Positions 39,501 through 53,000 of a DNA stretch of 64,000 bases are shown piece after piece (position 1 is the first letter of the stretch; every line of letters starts with the position of its first letter). Under the pieces are notes generated by a model that was given only the letters and a program-made list of their open reading frames with translations, searched no databases and was not told where the DNA came from. Source of the DNA: Eledone cirrhosa (lineage: Eukaryota); the NCBI GenBank assembly GCA_964016885.1, contig OZ024742.1, positions 62,001 to 126,000 on the forward strand, written 5' to 3'. The position numbers and the translations under genes are program-made.

Positions 39501-42500
39501 TAACCCTAGCCCTAACCTTAACCCTCAACGTACATTCAACAGTAACCATTCTAACCCTAACCCTAACCCTAACCCTAACCCTCAACGTACATTCAACAGT
39601 AACCACAATAACCCTAACCTTAACCCTCAACGTACATTCAACAGTACCCACCCTAACCCTAACCCTCAACGTACATTCAACATTAACCACTCTAACACTA
39701 ACCCTAACACTAACCCTCAACGTACATTCAACAGTAACCACCCTAACCCTAACCCTAACCCTCAACGTACATTCAACAGTAACCATCCTAACACTAACAA
39801 TAACCCTAAACGTACATGCAACAGTAACCACCATAACCCTAACCCTAACCCTAACCTAACCCTAACCCTCAACGTACATTCAACAGTAACCACTCTAACC
39901 CTAACCCTAACCCTCAAGGTACATTCAACAGTAACCACCATAACCTTAACACTCAACGTACATTCAACAGTAACCCCCTCATCCCAACCCTAACCCACAA
40001 CGTACATTCAACAGTAACCATTCTAACCCTAACCCTAACCCTCAACGTACATTCAACAGTAACCACCCTAACCCTAACCCTAACCCTCAACGTACATTCA
40101 ACAGTAACCACCCTAACCCTAACCCTAACCCTCAACGTACATTCAACAGTAACCACCATAACCCTAACCCTCAACGTACATTCAACAGTAACCCCCTCAT
40201 CCTAACCCTAACACTCAACGTACATTCAACTGTAACCATTCTAACCCTCACCCTAACCCTCAACGTACATTCAACAGTAACCAATCTAACCCTAACCCTA
40301 ACCCTCAACGTACATTCAACAGTAACCACCCTAACACTAACTCTAACCCTCAACGTACATTCAACAGTAACCACTCTAACCATAACCCTAACCCTCAACG
40401 TACATTCAACAGTAACCACTCTAACCCTAACCCTAACCCTCAACGTACATTCAAAAGTAACCACCCTAACACTAACCCTCAACGTACATTCAACAGTAAC
40501 CACTCTAACCCTAACCCTAATCCTAACCCTCAACGTACATTCAACAGTAACCACCCTAACCCTAACCCTCAACGTACATTCAACAGTAACCACCCTAACC
40601 CTAACCCTAACCCTCGACGTACATTCAACAGTAACCACCATAACCCTAACCCTCAACGTACATTCAACAGTAACCCCCTCATCCTAACCCTAACCCTCAA
40701 CGTACATTCAACAGTAACCATTCTAACCCTAAGCCTAACCCTCAACGTACATTCAACAGTAACCACTCTAACCCTAACCCTAACCCTCAACGTACATTCA
40801 ACAGTAACCACCCTAACCCTAACCCTAACCCTCAACGTACATTCAACAGTAACCACCCTAACCCTAACCCTAACCCTCAACGTACATTCAACAGTAACCA
40901 CCATAACCCTAACCCTCAACGTACATTCAACAGTAACCCCCTCATCCTAACCCTAACACTCAACGTACATTCAACTGTAACCATTCTAACCCTCACCCTA
41001 ACCCTCAACGTACATTCAACAGTAACCAATCTAACCCTAACCCTAACCCTCAACGTACATTCAACAGTAACCACTCTAACCCTAACCCTAACCCTAACTT
41101 AACCCTATCACTCAACGTACATTCAACAGTAACCACCCTAACCCTTAGCCTAACCCAAACCCTCAACGTACATTCAACAGTAACCACCCTAACCCTAGCC
41201 CTAACCTTAACCCTCAACGTACATTCAACAGTAACCATTCTAACCCTAACCCTAACCCTAACCCTAACCCTCAACGTACATTCAACAGTAACCACAATAA
41301 CCCTAACCTTAACCCTCAACGTACATTCAACAGTACCCACCCTAACCCTAACCCTCAACGTACATTCAACATTAACCACTCTAACACTAACCCTAACACT
41401 AACCCTCAACGTACATTCAACAGTAACCACCCTAACCCTAACCCTAACCCTCAACGTACATTCAACAGTAACCATCCTAACACTAACAATAACCCTAAAC
41501 GTACATGCAACAGTAACCACCATAACCCTAACCCTAACCCTAACCTAACCCTAACCCTCAACGTACATTCAACAGTAACCACTCTAACCCTAACCCTAAC
41601 CCTCAAGGTACATTCAACAGTAACCACCATAACCTTAACACTCAACGTACATTCAACAGTAACCCCCTCATCCTAACCCTAACCCACAACGTACATTCAA
41701 CAGTAACCATTCTAACCCTAACCCTAACCCTCAACGTACATTCAACAGTAACCATTCTAACCCTAACCCTAACCCTCAACGTACTTTCAACAGTAACCAT
41801 TCTAAGCCTAACCCTAACCCTCATCGTACATTCAACAGTAACCACTCTAACCCTAACCCTAACCCTCAACGTACATTCAACAGTAACCACCCTAACCCTA
41901 ACCCTCAACGTACATTCAACAGTAACCCCCTCATCCTAACCCTAACACTCAACGTACATTCAACTGTAACCATTCTAACCCTCACCCTAACCCTCAACGT
42001 ACATTCAACAGTAACCAATCTAACCCTAACCCTAACCCTCAACGTACATTCAACAGTAACCACCCTAACACAAACTCTAACCCTCAACGTACATTCAACA
42101 GTAACCACTCTAACCCTAACCCTAACCCTCATCGTACATTCAACAGTAACCACTCTAACCCTAACCCTAACCCTCAACGTACATTCAACAGTAACCACCC
42201 TAACCCTAACCCTAACCCTCAACGTACATTCAACAGTAACCACCCTAACCCTAACCCTAACCCTCAACGTACATTCAACAGTAACCACCATAACCCTAAC
42301 CCTCAACGTACATTCAACAGTAACCCCCTCATCCTAACCCTAACACTCAACGTACATTCAACTGTAACCATTCTAACCCTCACCCTAACCCTCAACGTAC
42401 ATTCAACAGTAACCAATCTAACCCTAACCCTAACCCTCAACGTACATTCAACAGTAACCACCCTAACACTAACTCTAACCCTCAACGTACATTCAACAGT

Positions 42501-45500
42501 AACCACTCTAACCCTAACCCTAACCCTCAACGTACATTCAACAGTAACCACTCTAACCCTAACCCTAACCCTCAACGTACATTCAAAAGTAACCACCCTA
42601 ACCCTAACCCTCAACGTACATTCAACAGTAACCACTCTAACCCTAACCCTAATCCTAACCCTCAACGTACATTCAACAGTAACCACCCTAACCCTAACCC
42701 TCAACGTACATTCAACAGTAACCACCCTAACCCTAACCCTAACCCTCAACGTACATTCAACAGTAACCACCATAACCCTAACCCTCAACGTACATTCAAC
42801 AGTAACCCCCTCATCCTAACCCTAACCCTCAACGTACATTCAACAGTAACCACTCTAACCCTAACCCTCAACGTACATTCAACAGTACCCATTCTAACCC
42901 TAACCCTAACCCTAACCCTAACCCTCAACGTACATTCAACAGTAACCACAATAACCCTAACCTTAACCCTCAACGTACATTCAAAAGTAACCACCCTAAC
43001 CCTAACCCTCAACGTACATTCAACAGTAACCACTCTAACCCTAACCCTAATCCTAACCCTCAACGTACATTCAACAGTAACCACCCTAACCCTAACCCTC
43101 AACGTACATTCAACAGTAACCACCCTAACCCTAACCCTAACCCTCAACGTACATTCAACAGTAACCACCATAACCCTAACCCTCAACGTACATTCAACAG
43201 TAACCCCCTCATCCTAACCCTAACCCTCAACGTACATTCAACAGTAACCACTCTAACCCTAACCCTCAACGTACATTCAACAGTAACCATTCTAACCCTA
43301 ACCCTAACCCTAACCCTAACCCTCAACGTACATTCAACAGTAACCACAATAACCCTAACCTTAACCCTCAACGTACATTCAACAGTACCCACCCTAACCC
43401 TAACCCTCAACGTACATTCAACATTAACCACTCTAACACTAACCCTAACACTAACCCTCAACGTACATTCAACAGTAACCATCCTAACACTAACAATAAC
43501 CCTAAACGTACATGCAACAGTAACCACCATAACCCTAACCCTAACCCTAACCTAACCCTAACCCTCAACGTACATTCAACAGTAACCCCCTCATCCTAAC
43601 CCTAACCCACAACGTACATTCAACAGTAACCATTCTAACCCTAACCCTAACCCTCAACGTACATTCAACAGTAACCATTCTAACCCTAACCCTAACCCTC
43701 AACGTACATTCAACAGTAACCATTCTAACCCTAACCCTAACCCTCATCGTACATTCAACAGTAACCACTCTAACCCTAACCCTAACCCTCAACGTACATT
43801 CAACAGTAACCACCCTAACCCTAACCCTAACCCTCAACGTACATTCAACAGTAACCACCCTAACCCTAACCCTAACCCTCAACGTACATTCAACAGTAAC
43901 CACCCTAACCCTAACCCTAACCATCAACGTACATTCAACAGTAACCACCATAACCCTAACCCTCAACGTACATTCAACAGTAACCCCCTCATCCTAACCC
44001 TAACACTCAACGTACATTCAACTGTAACCATTCTAACCCTCACCCTAACCCTCAACGTACATTCAACAGTAACCAATCTAACTCTAACCCTAACCCTCAA
44101 CGTACATTCAACAGTAACCACCCTAACACTAACTCTAACCCTCAACGTACATTCAACAGTAACCACTCTAACCCTAACCCTCAACGTACATTCAACAGTA
44201 ACCACTCTAACCCAAACCCTAACCCTCAACGTACATTCAAAAGTAACCACCCTAACCCTAACCCTCAACGTACATTCAACAGTAACCACTCTAATCCTAA
44301 CCCTAATCCTAACCCTCAACGTACATTCAACAGTAACCACCCTAACCCTAACCCAAAACGTACATTCAACAGTAACCACCATAACCCTAACCCTCAACGT
44401 ACATTCAACAGTAACCCCCTCATCCTAACCCTAACCCTCAACGTACATTCAACAGTAACCATTCTAACCCTAACCCTAACCCTCAACGTACATTCAACAG
44501 TAACCACTCTAACCCTAACCCTAACCCTCAACGTACATTCAACAGTAACCACCCTAACCCTAACCCTAACCCTCAACGTACATTCAACAGTAACCACCCT
44601 AACCCTAACCCTAACCCTCAACGTACATTCAACAGTAACCACCATAACCCTAACCCTCAACGTACGTTCAACAGTAACCCCCTCATCCTAACCCTAACAC
44701 TCAACGTACATTCAACTGTAACCATTCTAACCCTCACCCTAACCCTCAACGTACATTCAACAGTAACCAATCTAACCCTAACCCTAACCCTCAACGTACA
44801 TTCAACAGTAACCACTCTAACCCTAACCCTAACCCTAACTTAACCCTATCACTCAACGTACATTCAACAGTAACCACCCTAACCCTTAGCCTAACCCAAA
44901 CCCTCAACGTACATTCAACAGTAACCACCCTAACCCTAACCCTAACCTTAACCCTCAACGTACATTCAACAGTAACCATTCTAACCCTAACCCTAACCCT
45001 AACCCTAACCGTCAACGTACATTCAACAGTAACCACAATAACCCTAACCTTAACCCTCAACGTACATTCAACAGTACCCACCCTAACCCTAACCCTCAAC
45101 ATACATTCAACATTAACCACTCTAACACTAACCCTAACACTAACCCTCAACGTACATTCAACAGTAACCACCCTAACCCTAACACTAACCCTCAACGTAC
45201 ATTCAACAGTAACCATCCTAACACTAACAATAACCCTAAACGTACATGCAACAGTAACCACCATAACCCTAACCCTAACCCTAACCTAACCCTAACCCTC
45301 AACGTACATTCAACAGTAACCACTCTAACCCTAACCCTAACCCTCAAGGTACATTCAACAGTAACCACCATAACCTTAACCCTCAACGTACATTCAACAG
45401 TAACCCCCTCATCCTAACCCTAACCCACAACGTACATTCAACAGTAACCATTCTAACCCTAACCCTAACCCTCAACGTACATTCAACAGTAACCATTCTA

Positions 45501-48500
45501 ACCCTAACCCTAACCCTCAACGTACATTCAACAGTATCCATTCTAACCCTAACCCTAACCCTCAACGTACATTCAACAGTAACCATTCTAACCCTAACCC
45601 TAACCCTCATCGTACATTCAACAGTAACCACTCTAACCCTAACCCTAACCCTCAACGTACATTCAACAGTAACCACCCTAACCCTAACCCTAACCCTCAA
45701 CGTACATTCAACAGTAACCACCCTAACCCTAACCCTAACCCTCAACGTACATTCAACAGTAACCACCATAACCCTAACCCTCAACGTACATTCAACAGTA
45801 ACCCCCTCATCCTAACCCTAACACTCAACGTACATTCAACTGTAACCATTCTAACCCTCACCCTAACCCTCAACGTACATTCAACAGTAACCAATCTAAC
45901 CCTAACCCTAATCCTCAACGTACATTCAACAGTAAGCACCCTAACACTAACTCTAACCCTCAACGTACATTCAACAGTAACCACTCTAACCCTAACCCTA
46001 ACTCTCAACGTACATTCAACAGTAACCACTCTAACTCTAACCCTAACCCTCAACGTACATTCAAAAGTAACCACCCTAACCCTCAACGTACATTCAACAG
46101 TAACCACTCTAACCCTAACCCTAATCCTAACCCTCAACGTACATTCAACAGTAACCACCCTAACTCTAACCCTCAACGTACATTCAACAGTAACCACCCT
46201 AACCCTAACCCTAACCCTCAACGTATATTCAACAGATACCACCATAACCCTAACCCTTAACGTACATTCAACAGTAACCCCCTCATCCTAACCCTAACAC
46301 TCAACGTACATTCAACTGTAACCATTCTAACCCTCACCCTAACCCTCAACGTACATTCAACAGTAACCACTCTAACCCTAACCCTCAACGTACATTCAAC
46401 AGTAACCACTCTAACCCTAACCCTAACCCTCAACGTACATTCAACAGTAACCACTCTAAGCCTAACCCTAACCCTCAACGTACATTCAACAGTAACCACC
46501 CTAACCCTAACCCTCCACGTACATTCAACAGTAACCACTCTAACCCTAACCCTAATCCTAACCCTCAACGTACATTCAACAGTAACCACCCTAACCCTAA
46601 CCCTCAACGTACATTCAACAGTAACCACCCTAACCCTAACCCTCAACGTACATGCAACAGTAACCACCCTAACCCTAACCCTAACCCTCAACGTACATTC
46701 AACAGTAACCACTCAAACCCTAACCCTAAACTTAACCCTCAACGTACATTCAACTGTAACCATTCTAACCCTAACCCTAACCCTCAACGTATATGCAACA
46801 GTAACCACAATAACCCTAACCTTAACCCTCAACGTACATTCAACAGTAACCACCCTAACCCTAACCCTAACCCTAACCCTAACCCTCAACGTACATTCAA
46901 CAATAACCACAATAACCCTAACCCTAACCCTCAACGTACATTCAACATTAACCACTCTAACCCTAACCCTAACACGAACCCTCAACGTACATTCAACAGT
47001 AACCACCCTAACCCTAACCCAAAACGTACATTCAACAGTAACCACCATAACCCTAACCCTCAACGTACATTCAACAGTAACCCCCTCATCCTAACCCTAA
47101 CCCTCAACGTACATTCAACAGTAACCATTCTAACCCTAACCCTAACCCTCAACGTACATTCAACAGTAACCACTCTAACCCTAACCCTAACCCTCAACGT
47201 ACATTCAACAGTAACCACCCTAACCCTAACCCTAACCCTCAACGTACATTCAACAGTAACCACCCTAACCCTAACCCTAACCCTCAACGTACATTCAACA
47301 GTAACCACCATAACCCTAACCCTCAACGTACATTCAACAGTAACCCCCTCATCCTAACCCTAACACTCAACGTACATTCAACTGTAACCATTCTAACCCT
47401 CACCCTAACCCTCAACGTACATTCAACAGTAACCAATCTAACCCTAACCCTAACCCTCAACGTACATTCAACAGTAACCACTCTAACCCTAACCCTAACC
47501 CTAACTTAACCCTATCACTCAACGTACATTCAACAGTAACCACCCTAACCCTTAGCCTAACCCAAACCCTCAACGTACATTCAACAGTAACCACCCTAAC
47601 CCTAACCCTAACCTTAACCCTCAACGTACATTCAACAGTAACCATTCTAACCCTAACCCTAACCCTAACCCTAACCCTCAACGTACATTCAACAGTAACC
47701 ACAATAACCCTAACCTTAACCCTCAACGTACATTCAACAGTACCCACCCTAACCCTAACCCTCAACATACATTCAACATTAACCACTCTAACACTAACCC
47801 TAACACTAACCCTCAACGTACATTCAACAGTAACCACCCTAACCCTAACACTAACCCTCAACGTACATTCAACAGTAACCATCCTAACACTAACAATAAC
47901 ACTAAACGTACATGCAACAGTAACCACCATAACCCTAACCCTAACCCTAACCTAACCCTAACCCTCAACGTACATTCAACAGTAACCACTCTAACCCTAA
48001 CCCTAACCCTCAAGGTACATTCAACAGTAACCACCATAACCTTAACCCTCAACGTACATTCAACAGTAACCCCCTCATCCTAACCCTAACCCACAACGTA
48101 CATTCAACAGTAACCATTCTAACCCTAACCCTAGCCCTCAACGTACATTCAACAGTAACCATTCTAACCCTAGCCCTAACCCTCAACGTACATTCAACAG
48201 TAACCATTCTAACCCTAGCCCTAACCCTCAACGTACATTCAACAGTATCCATTCTAACCCTAACCCTAACCCTCAACGTACATTCAACAGTAACCATTCT
48301 AACCCTAACCCTAACCCTCATCGTACATTCAACAGTAACCACTCTAACCCAAACCCTAACCCTCAACGTACATTCAACAGTAACCACCCTAACCCTAACC
48401 CTAACCCTCAACGTACATTCAACAGTAACCACCCTAACCCTAACCCTAACCCTCAACGTACATTCAACAGTAACCACCATAACCCTAACCCTCAACGTAC

Positions 48501-49900
48501 ATTCAACAGTAACCCCCTCATCCTAACCCTAACACTCAACGTACATTCAACTGTAACCATTCTAACCCTCACCCTAACCCTCAACGTACATTCAACAGTA
48601 ACCAATCTAACCCTAACCCTAATCCTCAACGTACATTCAACAGTAACCACCCTAACACTAACTCTAACCCTCAACGTACATTCAACAGTAACCACTCTAA
48701 CCCTAACCCTAACTCTCAACGTACATTCAACAGTAACCACTCTAACTCTAACCCTAACCCTCAACGTACATTCAAAAGTAACCACCCTAACCCTCAACGT
48801 ACATTCAACAGTAACCACTCTAACCCTAACCCTAATCCTAACCCTCAACGTACATTCAACAGTAACCACCCTAACTCTAACCCTCAACGTACATTCAACA
48901 GTAACCACCCTAACCCTAAACCTAACCCTCAACGTATATTCAACAGATACCACCATAACCCTAACCCTCAACGTACATTCAACAGTAACCCCCTCATCCT
49001 AACCCTAACACTCAACGTACATTCAACTGTAACCATTCTAACCCTCACCCTAACCCTCAACGTACATTCAACAGTAACCACTCTAACCCTAACCCTCAAC
49101 GTACATTCAACAGTAACCACTCTAACCCTAACCCTAACCCTCAACGTACATTCAACAGTAACCACTCTAAGCCTAACCCTAACCCTCAACGTACATTCAA
49201 CAGTAACCACCCTAACCCTAACCCTCCACGTACATTCAACAGTAACCACTCTAACCCTAACCCTAATCCTAACCCTCAACGTACATTCAACAGTAACCAC
49301 CCTAACCCTAACCCTCAACGTACATTCAACAGTAACCACCCTAACCCTAACCCTAACCCTCAACGTACATGCAACAGTAACCACCCTAACCCTAACCCTA
49401 ACCCTCAACGTACATTCAACAGTAACCACTCAAACCCTAACCCTAAACTTAACCCTCAACGTACATTCAACTGTAACCATTCTAACCCTAACCCTAACCC
49501 TCAACGTATATGCAACAGTAACCACAATAACCCTAACCTTAACCCTCAACGTACATTCAACAGTAACCACCCTAACCCTAACCCTAACCCTAACCCTAAC
49601 CCTCAACGTACATTCAACAATAACCACAATAACCCTAACCCTAACCCTCAACGTACATTCAACATTAACCACTCTAACCCTAACCCTAACACGAACCCTC
49701 AACGTACATTCAACAGTAACCACTCTAACCCTAACCCTCAACGTACATTCAACAGTAACCACTCTAATTTAACACTAACCCTCAACGTACATTCAACAGT
49801 AACCACCATAACCCTAACCCTCAACGTACATTCAACAGTAACCCCCTCATCCTAACCCTAACCCACAACGTACATTCAACAGTAACCACCTTAACCCAAA
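9600..49900. repeat. Satellite domain 1: higher-order repeat (HOR) region with diagnostic variant monomers
   Basis: Marker AACAATAACCCTAAACGTACATGCAAC recurs 23 times (~10.1 to ~47.9 kb) at 1.1-2.7 kb spacing; the 44-bp CCCCCTCATCC monomer is confined to this region. Confidence 0.9.
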
Positions 49901-50039
49901 CCCTAACCCTAACCCTAAGCCTCAACGTACATTCAACAGTAACCATTCGAGCCCTAACCCTAACCCTGAACGTACATTCAACAGTAACCACTCAAACCCT
50001 AACCCTAACCCTAACACTCAACGTACATTAAAAAGTAAC

Positions 50040-53000
50040 CACCCTAACCCTAACCCTAACCCTAACCCTAACCCTAACCCTAACCCTCAACGTATATTCA
50101 ACAGTAACCACTCTAACCCTAACCCTAACCCTCAACGTACATTCAACTGTAACCATTCTAACCCTAAACCTAACCTTAACACTCAACGTACATTCAACTG
50201 TAACCATTCTAACCCTCACCCTAACCCTCAACGTACATTCAACAGTAACCTCCCTAACCCTAACCCTAACCCTCAACGTACTTTCAACAGTAACCACCCT
50301 AACCCTAACCCTAACCCTCAACGTACATTCAACAGTAACCACTCTAACCCTAACTCTAACCCTCAACGTACATTCAACAGTAACCACCCTAACCCTAACC
50401 CTAACCCTAACCCTCAACGTACATTCAACAGTACCCACCCTAACCCTAACCCTCAACGTACATTCAACAGTAACCACTTTAACCCTAACTCTAACCCTCA
50501 ACGTACATTCAACAGTAACCACCCTAACCCTAACCCTAACCCTCAACGTACATTCAACAGTACCCACCCTAACCCTAACCCTCAACGTACATTCAACAGT
50601 AACCACTTTAACCCTAACTCTAACCCTCAAAGTACATTCAACAGTAACCACCCTAACCCTTACCCTAACCCTCAACGTACATTCAACAGTAACCACTCTA
50701 ACCCTAACTCTAACCCTCAACGTACATTCAACAGTAACCACCCTAACCCTAACCCTAACCCTCAACGTACATTCAACAGTAACCACCCTAACCCTAACCC
50801 TAACCCTCAACGTACATTCAACAGTAACCACCCTAACCCTAACCCTCAACGTACATTCAACAGTAACCACTCTAACCCTAACCCTAATCCTAACCCTCAA
50901 CGTACATTCAACAGTAACCACCCTAACCCTCAACGTACATTCAACAGTAACCACTCTAACCCTAACCCAAACCCTAAACCTCAACGTACATTCAACAGTA
51001 ACCACTCTAACCCTAACCCTCAACGTACATTCAACAGTAACCACCCTAACCCTAACCCTCAACGTACATTCAACAGTAACCACACTAACCCTAACCCTAA
51101 TCCTAACCCTCAACGTACATTCAACAGTAACCACCCTAACCCTCAACGTACATTCAACAGTAACCACCCTAACCCTAATCCTAACCCTCAACGTACATTC
51201 AACAGTAACCACCCTAACCCTAACCCTAACCCTCAACGTACATTCAACAGTAACTACCCTAACCCTAACCCTAACCCTCAACGTACATTCAACAGTAACC
51301 ACTCTAACCCTAACCCTAACCCTCAACGTACATTCAACAGTAACCACCCTAACCCTAACTCTAACCCTCAACGTACATTCAACAGTAACCACCCTAACCC
51401 TAACCCTAACCTTCAACGTACATTCAACAGTAACCACCCTAACCCTAACCCTCAACGTACATTCAACAGTAACCACCCTAACCCTAACCCTAACCCTCAA
51501 CGTACATTCAACAGTAACCACCATAACCCTAACCCTAACCCTAACCCTAACCCTCAACGTACATTCAACAGTAACTACTCTAACCCTAACCCTAACCCTC
51601 AACGTACATTCAAAAGTAACAACCCTAACCCTAACCCTAACCCTAACCCTCAACGTACATTCAACAGTAACCACTCTAACCCTAACCCTAACCCTCAACG
51701 TACATTCAACAGTAACCACCCTAACCCTAACCCTCAACGTACATTCAACAGTAACCACCCTAACCCTAACCCTAACCCACAACGTACATTCAACAGTAAC
51801 CACCCTAACCCTAACCCTAACCCTCAACGTACATTCAACAGTAACCACCCTAACCCTAACCCTCAACGTACATTCGACAGTAACCACTCTAACCCTAACC
51901 CTAACCCTAACCCTCAACGTACATTCAACAGTAACCACTCAAACCCTAACCTTAATCCTGTACGTACATTCAAAAGTAACCACTCTAACCCTAACCCTAA
52001 CCCTCAACGTACATTCAACAGTAACCACCCTAACCCTAACCCTAACCCTCAACGTACATTCAACAGTAACCACTCTAACCCTAACCCTAACCCTCAACGT
52101 ACATTCAACAGTAACCACCCTAACCCTAACGCTCAACGTACATTCAACAGTAACCACTCTAACCCTAACCCTAACCCTAACCCTCAACGTACATTCAACA
52201 GTAACCACTCTAACCCTAACCCTAACCCTCAATGTACATTCAACAGTAACCACCCTAACCCTCAACGTACATTCAACAGTAACCACTCTAACCCTAACCC
52301 TAACCCTCAATGTACATTCAACAGTAACCACCCTAACCCTCAACGTACATTCAACAGTAACCACTCTAACCCTAACCCTAACCCTCAACGTACATTCAAC
52401 AGTAACCACACTAACCCTAACCCTCAACGTACATTCAACAGTAACCACTCTAACCCTAACCCTAATCCTAACCCTCAACGTACATTCAACAGTAATCACC
52501 CTAACCCTAATCCTAACCCTCAACGTACATTCAACAGTAACCACCCTAACCCTTACCCCCAACCCTCAACGTACATACAACAGTAACCACTCTAACCCTA
52601 ACCCTAACCCTCAACGTACATTCAACAGTAACCACCCTAACCCTAACCCTAACCCTCAACGTACATTCAACTGTAACCACTCTAACCCTAACCCTAACAC
52701 TCAACGTACATTCAACAGTAACCACCCTAACCCTAACCCTCAACGTACATTCAACAGTAACCACCCTAACCCTAACCCTAACCCTCAACGTACATTCAAC
52801 TGTAACCACACTAACCCTAACCCTAACACTCAACGTACATTCAACAGTAACCACCCTAACCCTCACCCTCAACGTACATACAACAGTAACCACTCTAACC
52901 CTAACCCTAACCCTCAACGTACATTCAACAGTAACCACCCTAACCCTAACCCTAACCCTCAACGTACATTCAACTGTAACCACTCTAACCCTAACCCTAA

